NCBI GenBank assembly: GCA_002633005.1
Contig: NMRA01000609.1
Coordinates: 110,977 to 174,976, forward strand
DNA: 64,000 nt
Origin: Phoronis australis
Taxonomy: Eukaryota > Animalia > Phoronida
Direction of reading: 5' to 3'
Below the pieces are notes generated by a model. That model was not told where the DNA came from. It did not search any database and saw only the letters and a program-made list of their open reading frames with translations. Made by a program: the position numbers and the translations under genes. This document shows positions 57,016 to 64,000 of this stretch, piece after piece. Every line of letters starts with the position of its first letter. Position 1 is the stretch's first letter.

Positions 57016-59825
57016 TTATATATTCATAATACTTATACATATTCGTATACGGTACTTCGTTGAAAACAGGACTTAACTTTTTGTTTGAAAGCTTGATACA
57101 GAGTCGCTCGTCGTGTCGAATCAAGTCTCCTTCCTTCAGGTGTGCAACTATGTAGCAAAACACCGGGAGACAAAACAAACAAACAAATCGAAACACTAGC
57201 TACATACATTTACATGTTTCACACTTATAATTACCCATCACATTCATACCGCACGGGTTGCTAAAAGTAATATTTTAAAGGGACAGTGTCAGTTTTACGG
57301 CCAGAAATGCATATTTGCGCTTATTGTTGGGTGAGATAGACCTTTTGAAGTTAATTTTGACCAGAGCTTCAAAGCAGTAAATGGGTTATGCTTTTGTGAT
57401 TTTATTACAAATCGCCAATTCTTGTCCTTGTCTTCCAGACATTCGCTGATATCAAAGCCAAAGACCAGCAGTTGAATACCCTTAAAATACTCTGCCATTT
57501 ATCGATTGGGATTTAAATCCGTCAGCTGAGCTTTTGACTGCGATCACGTGGGTTTCCAGATTAACCTCCACGCTGGGGTAGAAATATCATAGAAAACTAC
57601 TTTTCTCGCCGATGAAGCTCCTTAAATTGAATTACAAAGAACTTTACTGCTGATAATTGTCCGAAGCAATGTCTGTTTCATTGTTGTGGTGAACGTGTCT
57701 TTATGTATCATTCTATAATCGGCCAATAGTAAGGCCTTGTATTAAAATTTCCCTTGCTATTCTGTCATTTGTTCCTCCCCCCCCAATGAGTTTATAGAAA
57801 ACTAAATCTGGATTCTTCGAAAGAGTTCCAGGAGGAACAAGACGGTTGGCTATTGAAAGAGACTTTGAAATACTTATTTTGGGGATGCGATACAGTAAAT
57901 TCATTTTGGACAAAGGTTAATAACGAAATTTTAAGCAAAACAAATCCCCAGTATGTCAGCACTCTCTCCTGCAACAATGTCATTTTTGGCTTTTTTGATA
58001 AAAATGAAAATTTTAAAAACATTGTTGGGTAACCAGTTTATTTATACCCAAAAGTTTGGATCAAAAAGATTACTTCTATGTATTATATGAGTGAAAAGCA
58101 TAGTGCTCGTAATAATTTTAATTCAGGATTTCTACAAAAAGATGGTGTAACTTTGAAACTGTTTTTCTTAGTAAAGAGGATTAGGTGTGGAGCATGCGAG
58201 TGTGTGTGTGCGCGTGACTGGTGTACTTGTCTTTTTGTGTTATTGCAGATAAAAAAAGAAAAAAGGTGGATGACTAATTTGGAGAAAAATTGGTTTAATA
58301 ATTGAAATCTTGCCTATAATAGTTAAATTTACTTGAGGCTACAGATTAATCAGCCTTTCGATTTATTGATTATTTGTGCAAAAGTAAATGTTATTCCTAG
58401 TACAGTAAATGGAGTAGATATTCAATTTATACCCCGCTGTGAAATCGTTGGAGCTACTGCCGCTATTACTCAGTCTAATTTGAGTTAGGTTTAAACCGGA
58501 ATATTAGAATATTGATCTAAAAGATTCAAAACCATTTCGGGGATTTCTCTAACAAGTCATTAAAAAGAGCTGTGTTATAAGCATAATGAGCGATCTTTAA
58601 ATTATCAGTTACCCGATTGCAGTACTTTAATAATCCCATTTTCCCCAGTCCTTCATCACTTGCCTGCGGCGGCAACCTGATTTTTAAGGAGACCCATTGC
58701 AAAAATGAAAATTTTATCTGATTAAGAATCTGTAATCAGGTGTCACGCAATTGCAGTTCTTCGTAAATAGCTCAAATGTTGTCAGGTGATAATTGTCTTC
58801 AAATCATAGGAGCGTATTTGTAGTAAGCCATTTTTCTTTACCAATGTTTTTGTATGTGTATCTGTTTCTCTCCAAGTTTATTTACAAGTCATAATTGTGA
58901 TAGCTCATATGCGAAACAACAATCAATAATACTGGATAATGTATGACTTCAATTTGACTGCTGGAATCTGTAATCCGACTGTTTCCACACAGTGTTGAAT
59001 ACAACATATTTTGTTTTTAACACTATGCATTTTGTCGATGCAACAAAATTACAAATCATAACTAATTGAATTATTATAAAATAAATTTCCCGACGTTGCG
59101 GAGCCACCTGGCTCATTTTACTGGGGATTGATATTTGATGACTGTCTTATTTTCGCTACGATTTCGTCGTATAGTTGTTGTTTATGAACACCGGCAGAGG
59201 GCGACGTATTTTTTGCGGGAACCAGTCATTAATCCCTAGTAAAAAGAACCACGAGGCTTCGCAACGGATTTTTAATTTTTTGCATCTATTTATTCACCTA
59301 GATGTATAACAGTTTCTATCGTCTAATGATTTTTTTGTTACAAATGACTGTTCCAAATGAAATTGTTTCCTTGATGAAATCCAATTCAAGGTCTTTCTGG
59401 TCAAGGGACCATTCATAAAATTCATCAAAAATTCGCAGTTACAGGTCAACCTAAAATATGTTCTAATATTTCTAGCTCACGATCACAAAAAGTACATGTA
59501 TCAAAATAGTGAATTTTACTTTACAAAGAAATGAATTTGTAGCCAATATTCTACAAAAATACGATACTGTAATCACTGAGTGAACTATTCCAGTTATTTT
59601 AATGTCCTTCTTCCATATGCCTGAGCGGTGACATTTTCGCAGCACCTGTCAATGGCATTTAATTTGTACCTGAAGGTCCAAAAGCCTTGACTCGCGATTT
59701 AAAGCAGTTCTTTTCTGAATTATAAATTTTGAGCGACCGTGCGCCCCCTGGTGTCACCTTGTTATTAACCCCCTATGTGTCAGTCATCAGGTGGCGAGAC
59801 CGCCCCGATCTCGGCAGAGTTCCGA

Positions 59826-59970
59826 CAGTAATGGTAGGACCTAAGCTAGGACCTCTCTAAAATGCAAGGCTTTGCGAGATTACGCGAGATTTTGCCACGT
59901 ATTTTGAATGAGAACGCGTGATTTTGGCTAGATTTTTCTAGCTGCACGACAGCTACTGAACTCCACCCCG
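59826..59970 (+). mobile_element. About 150-bp MITE family, diverged copy 4
   Basis: gcgagattacgcgagattttgccacgtattttgaatgagaac.cgtgattttggctagattt. Confidence 0.72.
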
Positions 59971-61529
59971 GTGTGTGTTTGGATTAGTGCGTGTAACATG
60001 TTTGTTAGACGAAAGAGTTAAAGAAACTGCCAAAGAATACGTAACTGCTTACATACATCGTTAATGCGCAAGTGGGTTCTCCGGAAGTTTCACGAGTCAC
60101 GACTGTTTAAACGTATAAATGTTGGAAACGACTGAGATTTCACCATTCATCTTTTTCTCGTCGACAACTGAGTATTTTGAGTTTGGTGGGATCACAAACT
60201 TCAAAAGTAGGTGTAAAATATTTGGTCCTCGTTTGGTGTCATTCCGTAAGTAACGATTAATGATTCTTCTTAATTGACCGGAAAGTTATGTGAGAAAGCT
60301 TTTTTTCTCGTACGGGCTTCTGGTTTCTAAACATAGGATTACCGTCGTATCTTTGATTGTTATCCAGTTTGTCAAAGTGATGTATGACCATGACCCATAA
60401 TTACGAATGCGAAATATTGCTTGGTTCTCAATAGTTACACTCATTTTAAAAAACAAAGTCGAGGTCGCCAATTACTGCCTAGGAGTGTCGTACTTACTGC
60501 CTGGCCTTATCACGATTGGTGAAACGGCACCACTGAATATTTGGTGGCAGTCAACCGATATCGAACGACTGTCATTTAATTGATCTCGAACGTTTTGCAC
60601 AAGTGTGGCCCAGTTGCGCCCCCTTTTACAGAGCTGAGTTCTGTACACGCAAGACACTCTCAAGAAAACTTAGTGTCATCACGCCACGTGCATTGCTTGT
60701 AATGCCATGCTGATATCTCGCGAAGATTAGGTAATTAAATCGCCATGAATGCCGAAGGCATACAGGGGTTATACTTCGTCCCCATAAAAGTTACTCATTT
60801 CAAAATACAGCAAACAAAATCAAATTAAACATGCATATGTGCACATGAAGTTATAATTAACACATATCATGACTCTGGATACAATTTAGTCAACTTGACT
60901 TGAGCATATCCATGAAAATCTGTCGCGGTTCGCTCGACTTTCTCTCACCGAGTGTTTTTTGAGGAAGTTACGTGAAATCACGCCTGTTGACGAACAAAAA
61001 GTCCAAGGGACGCAAAACTTACAAATTTCATCTGAGATCTTCCCTTGCTGTTTTGCATGCGCCAGGTCACGCGCTTCCCTTAGACTCGCGCTAGCCTTTG
61101 CCTAACTCATGTGCCTCAGTTGAAATACTTTGTGGTTATCGCGCGCGCGCTGAAAACGTTAACAGTGGAATTCTTCGCTTAGTCACCTCAATTCTCGTAC
61201 ATGTAGCTATGCTTCATCAAAGATATGTGTAGAAGTAGAAAGGATCATTGAAGAAAGAAGTGCCTTTTTAAGTTTTAAATGTAGAATGTTTTGGCAAGGT
61301 GAAAACTCTTAATCGGTGAGTGGACTTCCCCCACCGCCCGATTCACGGGACGAAATTAGTACAGAAAGCGAAGGGAAGTATTTTAGCCCCTAACCAAGGA
61401 GTGTAGATTGAACTTCAACACACCTTGCTCTAACCAGTCAACCGAGGGGCTACGTATTGCCTACGCGAAGACTTACGTGATCTTGCGGCGTTTTCCGAGT
61501 TTCTTGCGGTGATCTGACGAAACACAACT

Positions 61530-61921
61530 CAGGGCTGTGTTCCGTAGGCCCTGGACACTCGTGAATTAAGTAATTGGAACGAGAAGTTTTGACTTACGGA
61601 ACGGAAACAATTAACTTTACTACCGCTTCATGCAACATCCCCACCTGTCTAGCCAATTTACTGCAGTGGCCGTCTCGTTGATAGGGAATGCTAAAAGGTC
61701 CTAAGCGAGATATGTGCATTTAACGGGAGTGATCTTGCCTGGTCTCGCTTTTTCACGAGATTATTGCGTTTACGAGGCGTACTCCTGGAGTGCGTCCCGT
61801 AGATGCATAAACCTCGCAAAAACTCAAGACCTCGCGAGATATCGCCACGTATTACAAGCGGAGCTCGTGACCGCACTCCCTTCCTCAGTGAGATCTTTCC
61901 GTTTACGGAACTCAGCCCAGG
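61530..61921. mobile_element. MITE with GGGCTG.GTTCCGTA TIRs
   Basis: cagggctgtgttccgta ... tacggaactcagcccagg; internal cgcgagat..cgccacgtatt shared with the ~150-bp family. Confidence 0.65.
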
Positions 61922-64000
61922 TTAGCATAAAGTCCGAAAAATGAGCCTGTCACTGGTCTCAACTGCCAGTGCAGTGCACTACTACCCGCGGACAAACAAA
62001 ATGACTAGTGACTTCGTTGCTAGGTTGTGGGACATCCTGCGAGGCGGCGTTCCGTGGTCGTTATAAAACTAATGTGATCACGTGCTTCGCTCGTAATGCA
62101 GTGGCAATTGTTCTAGAAGATTCGTATGATCTTGCGATTTCGCGAGAAAACAAGTAGAAAGTGTGTAGGATAAGTTTTACATCAGTGCTGCATATTTACT
62201 ATGACCTACCTCCAGCGGAGGAATACGCGGAGAGTGAGTTTATAAAAGTGTTGCCGTTACCTGGCGAAGACCAATGTGAAAATATAAGTAAAACGCAATT
62301 ATCTTTTAAGTGGGCCAGTCTGCGCTCTTACTGGGAGTCTTCGTTGCTAAGTTTCATCAAGGTTGCATGGCGCCATTTTTATGAACAATCATGATCCAGA
62401 ATAGATTGGAGCCGTCTAATCTTTACAAGGAACTTCAATGGACGCTACATTCCTAGTTTCCTCTAATAAGGTATCGCGCATACTCGCGAACACTCGCCTT
62501 TCACTTACGTGAGATTGCGTGGCCTTGTGAGATCTTACTTTTTGGCGACAATCTTGGGTCTACCCACCAAATCTTTGGTGCCATTTTGTCCAATTGATTT
62601 TAGTGTCATGCGGTCAATAAGATACCGGGTATATTCGAAAAAGACGACGTTCTCAAATTCTCTTTTCTGCTTTCCATTACATGTTCATTAGGCTTACGTG
62701 TCTTGAGTAAAACATTCAAACCAATATTTCACATTTCATATATCATATTCACTTTACCTTCCTCTACTATAATTTTATAAATATTATGATTCATAGCGAA
62801 ACTACGCTAGTTACATTGACTCCTGCTTGTTTTCATAAAAGCGGTCAGGTGGCGATTTGTGTGGGTTCACAAGAACAAATGATAGTGTATTTCTCCACTG
62901 CCGTTATCATACAGCTTAAATATTATTACTCTGACTAAACACACCAAGTCATAGCAAAGGACAATGCGTTGTTATTCTTTAGTGTTTTCTCAGCAATTTC
63001 CAGCGCGCCAGTTGGCTTGTATCAGCGCCCATGAATATTTTTTTTTACCGTTTGTTTTGTTCTGGCCATCACCTCTTTCGCCTCACACAGACAGCAGCAA
63101 AGTTTTGTCAGTAGTTGTAAATCTTCACTAAGCTATCATAAATGAGCGCTGCTTTAGTAATTAATGGCTTCCTTATCAAGCCTAGAGTGGTACTCATTAG
63201 TTATGGCTTGTCTTCCAATGTTCACGATCTATGATTAAATGGACAGTTTTCGCGTGTATAAATAGAACTTTTCAATTGCACTTAAGTGTGTACATTCGGA
63301 TTCCATTATAACTCTCGATTATGCTTGAAACATTCTGGGCGTATTGACGACAACCTGTCCCTTACTACTGGCTACAAAGGGGTAATGTTTATTCTTTGTC
63401 TCGAATATGAACGGCACAGAAGCTCAATGACAGTATTGACTGATAAAGGATATCGGACACCATTACTTTCATTGATAATATAATAATCGATAAGGCACGT
63501 TGACAAAACAGTTGAGCTGAAAACGTCGCTATGTAACCTATTAATTTTAGGGACTTCTTCTGGTGTCAACCTTTGTTCTGGGCGATTTTTGTTGATTTAC
63601 GTTGAACAACTTTGTATTTCAATCGAAGTTCTGTCTACAAGTTATAGCGAAGTGACATGTAGAGTGCGCCTTATATTTCTTCGGCTAATAATGTTTACCA
63701 CTTGTAGCAGCTCCATTACGACCCGTTAAGGGACACCGCTGTTTCATTGCGTTTCCGTCATCTCTTCATGCGTGCTCTGAATTAAAAGGTAAGGGTTAAA
63801 TGCTTGATACACGTTTTATTAATATAAAACTTGTGGGCATACGTGTGTGTGAGTGGGTGTATATAGCCGTGCGCACGTGCGTGTGCACTACTGTGCGCGC
63901 ATATTCGGTAGCAATGGTGCCCGGGTTTCCTTTCCACATAGAAAAGTCAATCAGCAGTGCGATCGCTAGTTATCTTTATTATCATCATCATCATCGTCGT

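Noticed and set aside
61395-61455. Second tRNA-like A/B-box pattern on the minus strand
   Set aside because: Too degenerate and the box spacing is short; cannot support even a SINE call.

Overview
Eukaryotic (metazoan, probably marine-invertebrate) genomic DNA: AT-rich, with GT-AG introns and many repeats. Almost all ORFs in the supplied track are spurious. Positions 455-6502 (+) hold the last nine coding exons of a GRAMD1/Aster-family sterol-transport gene (VASt domain, TM helix, C-terminal amphipathic/coiled-coil segment); the 5' exons lie upstream of the window. Tail-to-tail with it, on the minus strand (about 15.4-19.2 kb), is a candidate spliced gene for a secreted glycoprotein that I cannot assign to a family and that may be pseudogenised. 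The remaining ~45 kb has no recognisable intact gene and is mostly decayed DNA transposons: three Academ-like transposase remnants (two still bounded by TAG...CTA TIRs), a THAP-domain TIR element, TTAA-flanked Kolobok-like elements, many MITEs (some nested, with 5-, 6- or 9-bp TSDs), a foldback-type element, a tRNA-derived SINE head and tandem repeats. A 663-bp duplication joined by an N is probably an assembly artefact. The octamer TACATGTA is strongly over-represented and may be a Tc1/mariner excision footprint. I found no convincing novel multi-gene system. The best leads are the orphan secreted gene, a decayed intronless type-II-membrane ORF (36.9-40.0 kb) and the TACATGTA signal. All family assignments rest on motif recall, not on database searches.
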